Below are positions 16,949-26,769 of a stretch of DNA of 64,000 bases, piece by piece. Origin of the DNA: a virus. The notes beneath the pieces are model-generated. The model made no database searches. It saw nothing but the letters and a program-made list of their open reading frames with translations, and was not told where the DNA came from. Position 1 is the first letter of the stretch; every line of letters starts with the position of its first letter. A program made the position numbers and the translations under genes. Location: positions 1 to 64,000 of the IMG/VR virus record IMGVR_UViG_3300047356_000838; one strand, 5' to 3'.

Positions 16949-18238
16949 ATGCCAGAAAGTACACAAAACAAAAAAGGTATTGACCTTCCAGTTGGCTTTG
17001 AAACAGTGCCCGAAGAGGACTTTCAGGCCCGCGAGGCACTGACTACTGCCCGTGTAAAGATGTTGCTCAAGACCAGTTGGTTTGGTACAATGGCTACTCG
17101 TCTCCCACTTGTTAACGCTGATGCGTGGTTAAACACAGCCGCAACAGATGGCAAGTATTTTTACTACAATTCAAAGTTTATTCTTATGCTGAAGCCAGGA
17201 GAACTTATCTTCTTGTTTGGGCATGAAGTACTGCACAATGTATATGATCACCTTGGTCGTAGCAAGCAGAACAAACACAATCCTACACTATCTAACATTG
17301 CCGCAGACTATTGCGTAAACAGAGACTTGAAAGACAATCGTATTGGTACTTTTATTACTACTGTGCCTGCACTGTATGATCGCAAGTATGATGGCAAGAG
17401 CATGGAAGAAGTATATGACATGCTCTATGAGAACGCTGACAAGATCAATATTGAAGATCTAGTTGACCAGTTGTTAGATGAACACTTGGATGGCGAAGAT
17501 GACGGACAAGGCGATGGTGGACAGCCAGAAGAAGATGCAAACGGTAACCTTGTTAGTAAAAGCAAGCCTAAATACAGCAAAGAGCAAAAACAAGAGATCA
17601 GAGATCAGATCAAAGAAAGTCTACTACAAAGTGCCGCTGGTGCAAGTGCTGGCGAGATGCCTGCAGGCGTAAAACGTATTATTAAGGATCTCACAGAGCC
17701 TAAAATGCCCTGGCAAGAACTGCTTAACATGAGTATTCAAAGCACACTTAAAGGTGACTATTCGTTCATGGCTCGTAGCAAAAAAGGCTACTTCAGTGAT
17801 GTTGCACTGCCTGGTCAGACTCCAGAAGAAACTATTGACATTGCACTTGCACTTGATATGAGTGGCAGTATCAGCGACACAATGGGCAAGGAGATGTTGT
17901 CAGAAGTGCGCGGCATTATGGAACAGTTCCAGGACTTTAAGATTAAAGTATGGTGCTTTGATACACAGTGCTACAACTACTGCGAGTTTACACCACAGAA
18001 CATTGACGAGTTTGATGACTACGCTATTACTGGCGGTGGCGGCACAGACTTTGATGCTAACTGGGCCTTTATGAAAGAAAATGAAATCCGTCCAGAACGT
18101 TTTATTATGTTCACAGATGGTTACCCTTGGAACAGTTGGGGCGATCCAGATTACTGCGATACTGTGTTTATTATTCACGGCAGTGAGGATATTGTTCCAC
18201 CATTTGGCAACCATGCCTACTACAGTGAGGCTAAATAG
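16949..18238 (+). CDS. HExxH metallopeptidase-like plus vWA domain protein (MoxR partner, DUF2201-like)
   Basis: TAATDG, HEVLH, NIAADY; MIDAS DMSGS, GGGGTDF, FTDG. Confidence 0.88.
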   Translation: MPESTQNKKGIDLPVGFETVPEEDFQAREALTTARVKMLLKTSWFGTMATRLPLVNADAWLNTAATDGKYFYYNSKFILMLKPGELIFLFGHEVLHNVYDHLGRSKQNKHNPTLSNIAADYCVNRDLKDNRIGTFITTVPALYDRKYDGKSMEEVYDMLYENADKINIEDLVDQLLDEHLDGEDDGQGDGGQPEEDANGNLVSKSKPKYSKEQKQEIRDQIKESLLQSAAGASAGEMPAGVKRIIKDLTEPKMPWQELLNMSIQSTLKGDYSFMARSKKGYFSDVALPGQTPEETIDIALALDMSGSISDTMGKEMLSEVRGIMEQFQDFKIKVWCFDTQCYNYCEFTPQNIDEFDDYAITGGGGTDFDANWAFMKENEIRPERFIMFTDGYPWNSWGDPDYCDTVFIIHGSEDIVPPFGNHAYYSEAK

Positions 18239-18242
18239 TTAT

Positions 18243-18605
18243 ATGAAATACTACTTACTATTTTGTCTTTTTGCACTCCTAGGCGGTTTTATTACTGGCA
18301 AAGCGGTTGCAGATGAATCTGAACCTGACTGGGCTAGTAAGCCTGTGATATGTGGAACTGTGGATAAGATCAGTTCTATTACTAGAAGCAAAGGATTAGA
18401 ACTTACCTTTGGTGGTAACGGTTTGGCAAATAGTGTAAACACAGAAGCACCGGCAAGTGTATATGTATTTTTAGGAATCAATCCTGAAACAAAAGAATGG
18501 GCACTTAGTGAAGTAAGTGACGATGAAGCATGTATAATTGGATACGGCACTGGATTTTCAATTGATGCACACACTATGAAAAAACTTAGTAAGCCACAAA
18601 CATAA
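18243..18605 (+). CDS. Exported hypothetical protein
   Basis: Signal peptide MKYYLLFCLFALLGGFITGKAVA; Cys pair (KPVICG...ACIIG); start reassigned from 18081; CTAAATA at 18231-18237. Confidence 0.75.
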   Translation: MKYYLLFCLFALLGGFITGKAVADESEPDWASKPVICGTVDKISSITRSKGLELTFGGNGLANSVNTEAPASVYVFLGINPETKEWALSEVSDDEACIIGYGTGFSIDAHTMKKLSKPQT

Positions 18606-18616
18606 AATAAATATTA

Positions 18617-18645
18617 TTGACATAAAGACATATTTCACATACAAT
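18617..18645 (+). promoter_or_regulatory. Class B sigma70-type promoter
   Basis: TTGACA-N17-TACAAT; AATAAATA immediately upstream. Confidence 0.75.
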
Positions 18646-18680
18646 ACAAGTAATGATATCAAAGACACAAGGAGATTCGA

Positions 18681-18950
18681 ATGTCTGAAGAAGAAAACAT
18701 GCCAGCGGAAACTGCAGAATCCGCGGTAGAAGGTGCGCCGCAATTGGGCGTAAATGACCTTAAACTAATGGCTAACATTATTGAAGTTGTAAGTAACCGT
18801 GGTGCCATTAAAGCAAATGAAATGGCAGCATGTGGTATGCTATATAACAACCTAATGAACTTTCTAATTGCAAATGGTGCTGTACAACAACCAGAAGTAG
18901 CAGATGATGGTGACATGGGCGAATTGCCAGGAGAAGAATCCAATGATTAA
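18681..18950 (+). CDS. Hypothetical phage protein
   Basis: AAGGAG SD; DL...II.V...RGA.KA.E...G.LY. Confidence 0.78.
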   Translation: MSEEENMPAETAESAVEGAPQLGVNDLKLMANIIEVVSNRGAIKANEMAACGMLYNNLMNFLIANGAVQQPEVADDGDMGELPGEESND

Positions 18951-19581
18951 ACATGTAGGTAAACAAGGTGACCTAAAGGTTGCAGTAATTTTTCGTGAAG
19001 TACCAGGTGAAGACCATATGGCATTGGTTGTTTATCCAGATCAATTGCAACAAACTCTGCATGATGATCTAATGAACGCTATCCAAAGCACAAAAGGTCA
19101 GGCAGCAAAGGACCTAGGCGATGCTATTCATGGCATTACAGGCACTAACGGGCAGACTATTCTAAATACTTTGCACAATGAACGCTTTATGAAAAAAATC
19201 CGTACACAGGATATTATTATGATTCCGCAGCCAAACAACCCAGGTGTTCGTTTGGATGAACTTAATAAAATTATTCGTGACTTGGACACAGGCAGTGAAG
19301 CAGCAGGCAAACTTGCTGAATTGGATGCTAATGCTGGACTTGCCGATCCTGATAAAAGGGCAGCAGGTATTACGGCATCGGCGGAAGCAACTGGCGGAAG
19401 TGGCCTATTAACTGACGAAGCAATTGCAGCAAGTCTTGTAAAGCAGGCAGAACAGATGCGCACACAAATGAAGAGTTTGGAAGCAGAAGCAACTAGACTA
19501 ATGGAAGAAGCACAGGATCTTAATCCTGCACTAAAGCCTAAAAAAGCAAAACGTGGTCGTCCAGCAAAGGCAACAGCATAA
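18943..19581 (+). CDS. Hypothetical phage protein
   Basis: AGGAG SD; starts MIKHVG; coiled coil and basic KRGRP tail. Confidence 0.78.
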   Translation: MIKHVGKQGDLKVAVIFREVPGEDHMALVVYPDQLQQTLHDDLMNAIQSTKGQAAKDLGDAIHGITGTNGQTILNTLHNERFMKKIRTQDIIMIPQPNNPGVRLDELNKIIRDLDTGSEAAGKLAELDANAGLADPDKRAAGITASAEATGGSGLLTDEAIAASLVKQAEQMRTQMKSLEAEATRLMEEAQDLNPALKPKKAKRGRPAKATA

Positions 19582-19582
19582 C

Positions 19583-20242
19583 ATGAAAGTACAACTAGTA
19601 AGTTACAGCACCCCTGCTCCAGATTTTGAAGCAGAAGGTGTAGATAACGTGCAAGAACTTATTGCATTTTGTGCAAGAGTAAGTAACCCTAGCGCACAAA
19701 TAAACACTGAAACAAGTGAAAAACTTATTAGGTACTTGGTTAAACATCAGCATTGGAGTCCATTAGAAATGGTCAGTGCTTGTCTTGAAATTGAAACTAC
19801 TCGTGACATTGCACATCAGATTGTGCGTCATCGTAGTTTTAGTTTTCAAGAGTTTAGTCAACGTTATGCTAATCCTGTTGAGGACATGCAATTTGTTAGC
19901 AGAGAAGCAAGACTGCAGGATGTCAAAAATAGACAAAACAGTATTGAAGTTGATGATGATGAGCTTGATAAACAGTGGCGTATACATCAAGATAAAGTTG
20001 TAATGGCTGCAGCAAAAGCATATGAATGGGCTATTAAGAATAATATTGCTAAAGAGCAAGCCCGTGTAGTTCTTCCAGAAGGACTAACAAAGACCCGTTT
20101 GTATATGAACGGTACTCTACGCAGTTGGGTACACTATATTGAATTGCGTAGTGCGCATGGCACACAAAAAGAGCACATGGAAATTGCTAAAGAATGTGCA
20201 AAAGTTATCGCAGAAATCTTTCCACTCGCAGAAACTCTTTAA
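19583..20242 (+). CDS. thyX: Flavin-dependent thymidylate synthase
   Basis: ARVS, HWSPLE, RHRSFSFQEFSQRY, EQARVVLP, R...TQKEH. Confidence 0.95.
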   Translation: MKVQLVSYSTPAPDFEAEGVDNVQELIAFCARVSNPSAQINTETSEKLIRYLVKHQHWSPLEMVSACLEIETTRDIAHQIVRHRSFSFQEFSQRYANPVEDMQFVSREARLQDVKNRQNSIEVDDDELDKQWRIHQDKVVMAAAKAYEWAIKNNIAKEQARVVLPEGLTKTRLYMNGTLRSWVHYIELRSAHGTQKEHMEIAKECAKVIAEIFPLAETL

Positions 20243-20253
20243 GGAGTAATAAA

Positions 20254-20487
20254 ATGGGAGCAAAGCATCCTCAAGAAACAATAGCACAACTGGGTACTCA
20301 AAAAATACATTTTATACTGGCTGCACGTCACTTAATAAGGCAAGGACTTGCAAAGTCACCAGCAGATGCTATTCGTTACATGGAAGAAAACAACAGTGAT
20401 GTTGATGAAATAATTGAACAACTTATTGTAAGCAAACAAGCAAAACTTGTTGTTAAAGAAGAACCAGAAACAGTAGATGAAGAATAA
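20254..20487 (+). CDS. Hypothetical protein
   Basis: AAGGAG SD before ATG 20254. Confidence 0.65.
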   Translation: MGAKHPQETIAQLGTQKIHFILAARHLIRQGLAKSPADAIRYMEENNSDVDEIIEQLIVSKQAKLVVKEEPETVDEE

Positions 20488-21298
20488 AGTTTTACTTATT
20501 GGCGGAGCGGGATTTATTGGATCTCGCTTCAGTCAGTTGAGCAGTTATGATTGTGAAATTGTTGATAAAACCACAGGACAAGACATCATTAACAGAAATG
20601 TATTGCCGCAAGGATATTACGATACTGTAATATTTTTGTCAGCCGAACCTAACGTTCAAGCAGTTATTAACAATCCTATGCTTGCTTATAGTACAATGAC
20701 ACACGGTTTACATATGTGTTTAGAGCAATATAATACAAGTCATTTTGTTTTTATGAGTTCAAGTATGGCATATGGAGAATGGACTAAGGAAACTATGACT
20801 GAAACTGATCCGTGTACACCCACAAACATATACGGACAACTTAAATTGCTTGGCGAGGGTATTGTAAAACAGTTTCATAACAACTGGACAATTGTACGTC
20901 CAAGTGCTGTATACGGCCCACAAGACAAGCCTAACAGGGTTGTAAACTTGTTTATTAATAAAATACGCAAGGGCGAACAGATTACACTACAAGGTGCAGA
21001 CAACTTGTTTGACTTTACATATGTTGATGACATTGTACACGGACTAGAACGTGTAGTTGATCTAAAACCACAGGTTGAAACATATAACATTACCCGTGGA
21101 GAATCACATACACTGCAGGCTATGACAGATATGCTGTACGCAAAGTTAGGCGCAAAACCTAACTACACAAGTGAACCAAAGCCTGCTAACTATCCACGAC
21201 GTGGTGCGCTGGACATAACAAAAGCAAATGAAGAACTTGAATATGTTCCACAGTTTAATCTACGCAGAGGATTAGATGATACGCTTAGTAAATCTTGA
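20477..21298 (+). CDS. NAD-dependent NDP-sugar epimerase/dehydratase (extended SDR)
   Basis: GGAGFIG, SSSMAYG, YGQLK (YxxxK), R...VYGP, DFTYVDD. Confidence 0.9.
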   Translation: MKNKVLLIGGAGFIGSRFSQLSSYDCEIVDKTTGQDIINRNVLPQGYYDTVIFLSAEPNVQAVINNPMLAYSTMTHGLHMCLEQYNTSHFVFMSSSMAYGEWTKETMTETDPCTPTNIYGQLKLLGEGIVKQFHNNWTIVRPSAVYGPQDKPNRVVNLFINKIRKGEQITLQGADNLFDFTYVDDIVHGLERVVDLKPQVETYNITRGESHTLQAMTDMLYAKLGAKPNYTSEPKPANYPRRGALDITKANEELEYVPQFNLRRGLDDTLSKS

Positions 21299-22253
21299 TC
21301 GCTTGGCAAATGATCTTATGCCTTTTCTTGTACAAGTACAGGCAAGAGTGTTCACTAGCGGTCAAGTAATGTTAGGCAGATGGACACAAGAATTAGAACT
21401 AGAGTTGGCAGAACGTTCAAATGCAAAATACTGTAGCGTAGTGGGCAGTGGCAGCGATGCACTTATGTATGGTCTTCGTGCTACAGGAACAACCTCAACA
21501 ACTATTCCAGCACAAACATTTAAGGCTACTAAAAACAGTTGCCGGCGTGCAGACATGGACATAGTATTTGCTGATGTTAGAACAAACGGTTGTGTTGAGT
21601 TTGATAGTGTAACAACAGACAGTGTAATATGGGTTGGATTGTTTGGCAATAACTGTGTGTTGCCCAAAGACATCGCAGTATACGAAGATGGTGCTCAACA
21701 TTTTGGATTGCCACTTAAAGGCGAGTTTGCAAGTTATAGTTTTGATCCTACAAAAAGTCTACCTAACTTTGGCAACGGCGGCGCAGTTGTAAGTAATGAC
21801 AGTGATATTATTGAACGTGTAAAACAGTTACGCAGGCATGGCCAAGTTGATATTCACACAGGCGGAAACAGCATAATGAGCGAACGTGATTGTGCTGAAC
21901 TACTAGTAAAACTAGAATTTTTTGATGACTGGACAAGTCGTCGCCGAGAACTTGCAGAATATTATACAGAAGAACTGGAAGACTTGGTTGATTGTATTAC
22001 TGATCCAACAGGAATGGTAAGCAAATTTGTAATTGCCACTGACAAAAAAAGTTGTTTAAAAACGCATCTAATACTAAAAAATATACAATGCAAAGATGTA
22101 TACGAAGAGCCGCTTGCAAACATGCCACAAGCAACACTTAATTGTGAAAGGTTTTTAAGCATTCCTTGCGATAGTTATACTACTTTGGATGAAGCATCAA
22201 CTGTTGTAGAGCATATCAAAATGTTCTTTGAGCCAAGTCCACTCAAAACTTAG
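21276..22253 (+). CDS. DegT/DnrJ/EryC1/StrS PLP-dependent sugar aminotransferase
   Basis: SGSDAL, TF.AT, EDGAQ, SFDPTKSL..FGNGGAV, LRRHG. Confidence 0.9.
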   Translation: MIRLVNLDRLANDLMPFLVQVQARVFTSGQVMLGRWTQELELELAERSNAKYCSVVGSGSDALMYGLRATGTTSTTIPAQTFKATKNSCRRADMDIVFADVRTNGCVEFDSVTTDSVIWVGLFGNNCVLPKDIAVYEDGAQHFGLPLKGEFASYSFDPTKSLPNFGNGGAVVSNDSDIIERVKQLRRHGQVDIHTGGNSIMSERDCAELLVKLEFFDDWTSRRRELAEYYTEELEDLVDCITDPTGMVSKFVIATDKKSCLKTHLILKNIQCKDVYEEPLANMPQATLNCERFLSIPCDSYTTLDEASTVVEHIKMFFEPSPLKT

Positions 22254-23405
22254 TTGCAGGTCTCCGCCCATACCAATAAATTCTAGTGCATCTTCTGCGC
22301 CACGCTTGCTCCAATCACCAAATTCTCCATTACCAACAGTGTACCATTGTTTAAGTCTAAACTGACTTTCGATGTCTTTTTGTTGATCTAATTTTATGCA
22401 TTCACGAAACGCAGTGCGCCAAGTTTCGTATGGCGTTGTTGCATAATCTGCAGTGCTACCTACAACAGGTACACTGGTGTGCGGCATGCTAAGTGTAAAG
22501 TCTAGCCCCCATTCAGTGCAGTCTAATACTAACTGTTTGTTGTAGGCAATAATGCCCATGTGTCCATAGGTTAATTCTGTAACAGGGTTGTATGAATCAA
22601 AGATATAGTGTTTGTCATTTTGCATGTAATCAGGCTGCCAGTTAAAGTCAAAGTCATCATGTACCCAGCACTTTGCAAATACATTTATAAACCAATCTGT
22701 TTCTGATATTTCTGCACAGGCTTTGTATGCTTGAGCTCTGCCATTTACACCATCAATTCTCTTTGCTCGCGGACACAGTTTTTGCAGTCGATCCCAGTTT
22801 AAATCGGCGTTTTTTTCGCCATTGGAAACATACACTACATCTAGTGCCTTATCCTCTATTTTATAGTCATTATGACGCAATATGTATGGGTAGTCATAGT
22901 ACTGTGTCCGAAAATGCTGTTTACAGTCACGCGGCACTAGTAGTACGCTACCACTTGCAGTAAAGGCATGTAGATTGCGTTTTTCCCATAGATTAGGATC
23001 GTAGTGTAGGTCACACGGAGTACGCTTTACCCAATCATACATATCGCCTAATGTAGTACGAGGTACACCGTTGCTGTGCCAGTTAATGTGTTCATACCAG
23101 CCAAGAACTTTAAGGTTGTCTGCTTGACGCTTAAACGCTGCTACAGGTACAAGGAAAGTATCGCCGTACTCGCAATCTCCGCTTGCCCAACAGTGTATTT
23201 GCGTTGCTTCCCAGGGTACAGGTTGCCAAGTAAAATCAAAGTGTGAATAGTCGCACAAGTCGCTGACAACCCAAACATATTCTGTACTTGCCCGTTCAAC
23301 TATACGCTTAATAGTTGCCAGATGTGTATTGTTATAGCGTGTGTATTTTGTGTGCGCAGGCAGCGTAGTTTCACCGCCCATTTGCATGCAGTAAATATCA
23401 AACAT
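22197..23405 (-). CDS. Two-domain glycosyltransferase-like protein
   Basis: C-terminal domain aligns with 37348..38259 (DVVYVSNGE, AKRIDGVNG, WRTAFRE); N-terminal domain repeats the (D)FDF.WQP motif. Confidence 0.65.
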   Translation of the reverse strand: MFDIYCMQMGGETTLPAHTKYTRYNNTHLATIKRIVERASTEYVWVVSDLCDYSHFDFTWQPVPWEATQIHCWASGDCEYGDTFLVPVAAFKRQADNLKVLGWYEHINWHSNGVPRTTLGDMYDWVKRTPCDLHYDPNLWEKRNLHAFTASGSVLLVPRDCKQHFRTQYYDYPYILRHNDYKIEDKALDVVYVSNGEKNADLNWDRLQKLCPRAKRIDGVNGRAQAYKACAEISETDWFINVFAKCWVHDDFDFNWQPDYMQNDKHYIFDSYNPVTELTYGHMGIIAYNKQLVLDCTEWGLDFTLSMPHTSVPVVGSTADYATTPYETWRTAFRECIKLDQQKDIESQFRLKQWYTVGNGEFGDWSKRGAEDALEFIGMGGDLQLSFEWTWLKEHFDMLYNS

Positions 23406-23408
23406 TGA

Positions 23409-23921
23409 TTACCATATAGGACTAGGAATTTGTGTTATTCTGTAACTCTGATATATGCTCATGCGCCTTTTTATAACAGGACTGCGCATGCCATGTTCAT
23501 GTTGAGTAGGATTAAACATTAGATATCCACCATTTTTAATGTAAGGAACACTGCGCCACATGCCATCTATGTAACAGTGGGTACCCATGCTTTCGTCACC
23601 TTTGCAAAGATATATCTGTACATTAGCACTTAGATTAGGACTCAGATCAGTGTGTACTTCATTTATATAACCTTCATAGTCATACCATAACTGTGTGCTA
23701 TTAGCAAAACACGGTGTAGCAAAATATTCACTGACAACAGATTCAATCTCAGGTAAGTGCAATCCTTTAGCATAGTGACCTTCGTCTCTGTTTTCTGCCC
23801 CTTGTCCCAGTCGTTGCCAACAATCTCTGTGTTTGAAATGCTTGCGTAGTTTCTTTATTGTTGCTTTATCAAATGCATCTTCGATGCGATAAAAATCATC
23901 ATGTAGTTTAATTAACTGCAT
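23409..23921 (-). CDS. 2OG-Fe(II) oxygenase
   Basis: HTD, QIYL, GT, N.GY, HGM, R.S. Confidence 0.8.
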   Translation of the reverse strand: MQLIKLHDDFYRIEDAFDKATIKKLRKHFKHRDCWQRLGQGAENRDEGHYAKGLHLPEIESVVSEYFATPCFANSTQLWYDYEGYINEVHTDLSPNLSANVQIYLCKGDESMGTHCYIDGMWRSVPYIKNGGYLMFNPTQHEHGMRSPVIKRRMSIYQSYRITQIPSPIW

Positions 23922-25399
23922 ACTGTTACTCCATAACGTTTTTCAAATCTATCTGCATCAGCACGGTTGTTTACCATGGGTTCGCCTTTGATGTTTAGAC
24001 TTGTATTAAGTAGCAGTGGACAACCTGTCATAAAGTACCACTTCTCAAGCAATGCTCTTACACCTGGATGATCGTTCTTACCAACTGTTTGTACACGAGC
24101 AGTTCCATCAGCATGACAAATAGCAGGATATAGTTCTGGGTTCTTTAAATAGTACACACCCTGCATATATGGATTAGTATCACCATGCATATTAAATATT
24201 TCTTCTGCATGTTCTTCTAGTACCATTGGTGCAAACGGACGGAACTTTTGTCTACGCTTTATTTCATTTACACGATCTTTAATATCATCACCGCGTGGAT
24301 CAGCAAGCAAACTTCTAGTGCCTAATGCTCTTGGTCCAAACTCTGCACGACCAGTAGCAACACCTACAATTTTATCAGTCATTAATTTTCCAATAACTGC
24401 ATCAACAGGATACTCGCCTCCCATGTCGTGTCCTAGATAAGGACCTTCCCACTGTAACCGTTTCCCATACATCAGTGCTGCAGCACCCAAACTATTACCA
24501 CAGTCACCTGGATTAGGCATGATCCATAGGTTACGACACAGTCCACTTAGCATACTATTTGCCACACAATTAAGTGCAACACCGCCCATGAACACTACAT
24601 TGTCTTGTCTGGTACAATGCTTTTCAAATAGGTTGCGTAGTAATTGTTCAGTAACTTTTTGTGCGCCTGCTGCAACATCATACTCAGTAAGTCCTGTGCC
24701 TGCAAAATGATCCTCGTCAATGCCTGCATGCATGTTATCTTTAAATGTTATGGCTTTATCGTCGTCAACTAGTTTTAAATTTTCTTGGTATGCACTCAAA
24801 TAACTTTTGCCATATGCTGCCATGCCCATTAAAATGTATTCATCTTCCATGGGCTTTAATCCAACATACTTTGTTACTGCACTGTAGTAAAGTCCAATAC
24901 TGTGAGGATACTGCTGGCTCCAGATCTTTTTATATCGTGCAATGCCTTTGCCCAATATTTGTGGTTGATACCAAGCATCCCAAACACTAATCGTATCCCA
25001 TTCACCAATAGCATCCACTACTATAACTTTTGCACTATCAAAAGGACTGGTTTGAAATCCTGCTGCAGCGTGACACTTATGATGACCATAACTTGTAATA
25101 GGTGCCCTAAGATGATGACGTCGTGCAATACTCTTGGGTGTTGTGCTAAAGTCCAGTGCTTTGCGCCATTCACCACTGTATAACTGTCGTGTGCGCTTTG
25201 ACCAGTGATTCTCGTACCATGCTATGTGATTGGGCTCGCCATAACTGCATGCATCTTTAATCAGTACATCATTTAAGTTAGCATCATTCTTTATGCCGCT
25301 ATAACGTTCTGCATGTCCAGCAAAAAGGATATCGCCTCGTTTATTAATTAGTGTTGCGCCAGCATCGTGGAAGCCTGCACTAAGTCCTAGAATTGTCAT
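23912..25399 (-). CDS. NodU/CmcH-family O-carbamoyltransferase
   Basis: GFHDAGA, ERYS..KND, HH.CHAA, DAIGE, GGVALNC, EFGPRALG.RS, RPFAP, DGTARVQ, LNTSLN. Confidence 0.95.
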   Translation of the reverse strand: MTILGLSAGFHDAGATLINKRGDILFAGHAERYSGIKNDANLNDVLIKDACSYGEPNHIAWYENHWSKRTRQLYSGEWRKALDFSTTPKSIARRHHLRAPITSYGHHKCHAAAGFQTSPFDSAKVIVVDAIGEWDTISVWDAWYQPQILGKGIARYKKIWSQQYPHSIGLYYSAVTKYVGLKPMEDEYILMGMAAYGKSYLSAYQENLKLVDDDKAITFKDNMHAGIDEDHFAGTGLTEYDVAAGAQKVTEQLLRNLFEKHCTRQDNVVFMGGVALNCVANSMLSGLCRNLWIMPNPGDCGNSLGAAALMYGKRLQWEGPYLGHDMGGEYPVDAVIGKLMTDKIVGVATGRAEFGPRALGTRSLLADPRGDDIKDRVNEIKRRQKFRPFAPMVLEEHAEEIFNMHGDTNPYMQGVYYLKNPELYPAICHADGTARVQTVGKNDHPGVRALLEKWYFMTGCPLLLNTSLNIKGEPMVNNRADADRFEKRYGVTVCS

Positions 25400-25547
25400 C
25401 GTTTAATACCCATGTCTTGCTACAATAATAACACACTGCCACTGGTTTGTCTAGTGTTATTTTTATAGTGAACAGTGGATGAGATTTATCTGGACAACTT
25501 AGTGTGCAGGGTTCATCAACTGTGAATGTTTCTTTACTTTTCGACAA
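25380..25547 (-). CDS. zf-CHCC-type zinc-finger protein
   Basis: SC....HP......VCYYCS; probable TTG start at 25547 overlapping the fpr end. Confidence 0.7.
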   Translation of the reverse strand: MSKSKETFTVDEPCTLSCPDKSHPLFTIKITLDKPVAVCYYCSKTWVLNDDNSRT

Positions 25548-26259
25548 ATGCTTTCTCTTGTAGTAAATTTCCTGCACTGCGCTTACTGCCTTCAGTGAAT
25601 CCAGTGTCAATGAACAAATTTTTCATGTCTGTATTAAAATCCATGCTGCCACATATCATAACTTTATCGCTGTCAGGTCTAATAAATTTCCAATATTCAT
25701 CATTTGCAATATGTTCTTGTATGCGCCCACCAAGCACACCCTGCGCAGGCGTCTCCTGAGTCACAGTTGGATAGTAATTATGAATGCTATCACTGAGCAT
25801 CTCTTGTAAAAAATCATGATAGGCTAGTAGTTCATCATTTGTTCTCACTGACCAGGCTACATTTACTGTCCAAAAATTATTATATGTATCTGGATCTCTG
25901 AGTATACTAACAAAAGGAGCAATGCCTGTGCCAGTAGCAAATAACCATAAGTTGCCGCCTAGTTCAATGTTAGCAAGTGTAAGTGTGCCAGTTGTGCGTT
26001 CCGCAACTTCTAAACTGTCACCCTGCTTAACATGCTGCAACTTGCTGGTAAGAGGACCGTCCTCAACTTTAATACTGTAAAACTCTAGGTAGTCATCACC
26101 AGGGCCAGAGGTGAAACTATATGCCCTGGTGATGTTGGTGTCAGGCAATCCAATCATTGTGAATTCACCTGCTGTAAAACGAAAACTGCGTGGCCGTTCT
26201 GTGCGTATGCGAAACAATCTATCTGTATAGTGTTCTACTTCAGTTACATTTACAAGCAT
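25534..26259 (-). CDS. fpr: Ferredoxin/flavodoxin-NADP+ reductase (bacterial type)
   Basis: F.AGEF.MIG, RAYS, GPLTS.L, ATGTGIAPF, MICGS, EKAFVEK. Confidence 0.92.
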   Translation of the reverse strand: MLVNVTEVEHYTDRLFRIRTERPRSFRFTAGEFTMIGLPDTNITRAYSFTSGPGDDYLEFYSIKVEDGPLTSKLQHVKQGDSLEVAERTTGTLTLANIELGGNLWLFATGTGIAPFVSILRDPDTYNNFWTVNVAWSVRTNDELLAYHDFLQEMLSDSIHNYYPTVTQETPAQGVLGGRIQEHIANDEYWKFIRPDSDKVMICGSMDFNTDMKNLFIDTGFTEGSKRSAGNLLQEKAFVEK

Positions 26260-26441
26260 TTAGCCATCTTTTTGATACACTCACTTGCATATGTTGTAAA
26301 CCAACGTGGTATAAAAGCATGTACAACCACCGCCAGTGTTGCTCGTTGCAGTTTAAACGCAATGCCCATTGCATGACAGAAATGTTTCCATGCTGTCATA
26401 TTTGCATCAGTTAAATGCTGTTTACATTTTTTACTTAACAT
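26250..26441 (-). CDS. Small His-containing membrane-associated protein (DUF6356-like)
   Basis: HL...NM...H...A...HAF.P..F...AS pattern. Confidence 0.6.
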   Translation of the reverse strand: MLSKKCKQHLTDANMTAWKHFCHAMGIAFKLQRATLAVVVHAFIPRWFTTYASECIKKMAKCL

Positions 26442-26449
26442 TGTTATTC

Positions 26450-26560
26450 CTATTTGTAGATAAACGGATCGCGCTTGCGTAGTTCTTTAAGTCGCTTGCG
26501 GTATCTTATTTCCATTTTAATTTTATTAATAATACGTTTAATAAATTTAACCACTGACAT
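26450..26560 (-). CDS. 36-aa basic peptide ending RDPFIYK, not in the ORF track
   Basis: MSVVKFIKRIINKIKMEIRYRKRLKELRKRDPFIYK; AAGGA upstream; fills the gap exactly. Confidence 0.75.
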   Translation of the reverse strand: MSVVKFIKRIINKIKMEIRYRKRLKELRKRDPFIYK

Positions 26561-26768
26561 AAGTTTTTTCCTTAGGTCTGTACCATACTTTTTGTTCATG
26601 TAGTTTACCAAGTAACTCTTGTATTTCCATCATTTCTCTTCTTAGTTCTTCACTATAATTTCCACTAGCAATTGCAATACCACGCCTGCCTGCCTTTGCA
26701 CGAAGCGCATGTTCAATAACTTCTATGTCACGCACACTTAGATCAAATTTTAGATTTGGTTTAGGCAC
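26547..26768 (-). CDS. Hypothetical protein
   Basis: GGAG then GTG at 26768; LSVRDIEVIE.AL...LLGKLHEQK.WYRP. Confidence 0.7.
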   Translation of the reverse strand: MPKPNLKFDLSVRDIEVIEHALRAKAGRRGIAIASGNYSEELRREMMEIQELLGKLHEQKVWYRPKEKTYVSG

Positions 26769-26769
26769 T

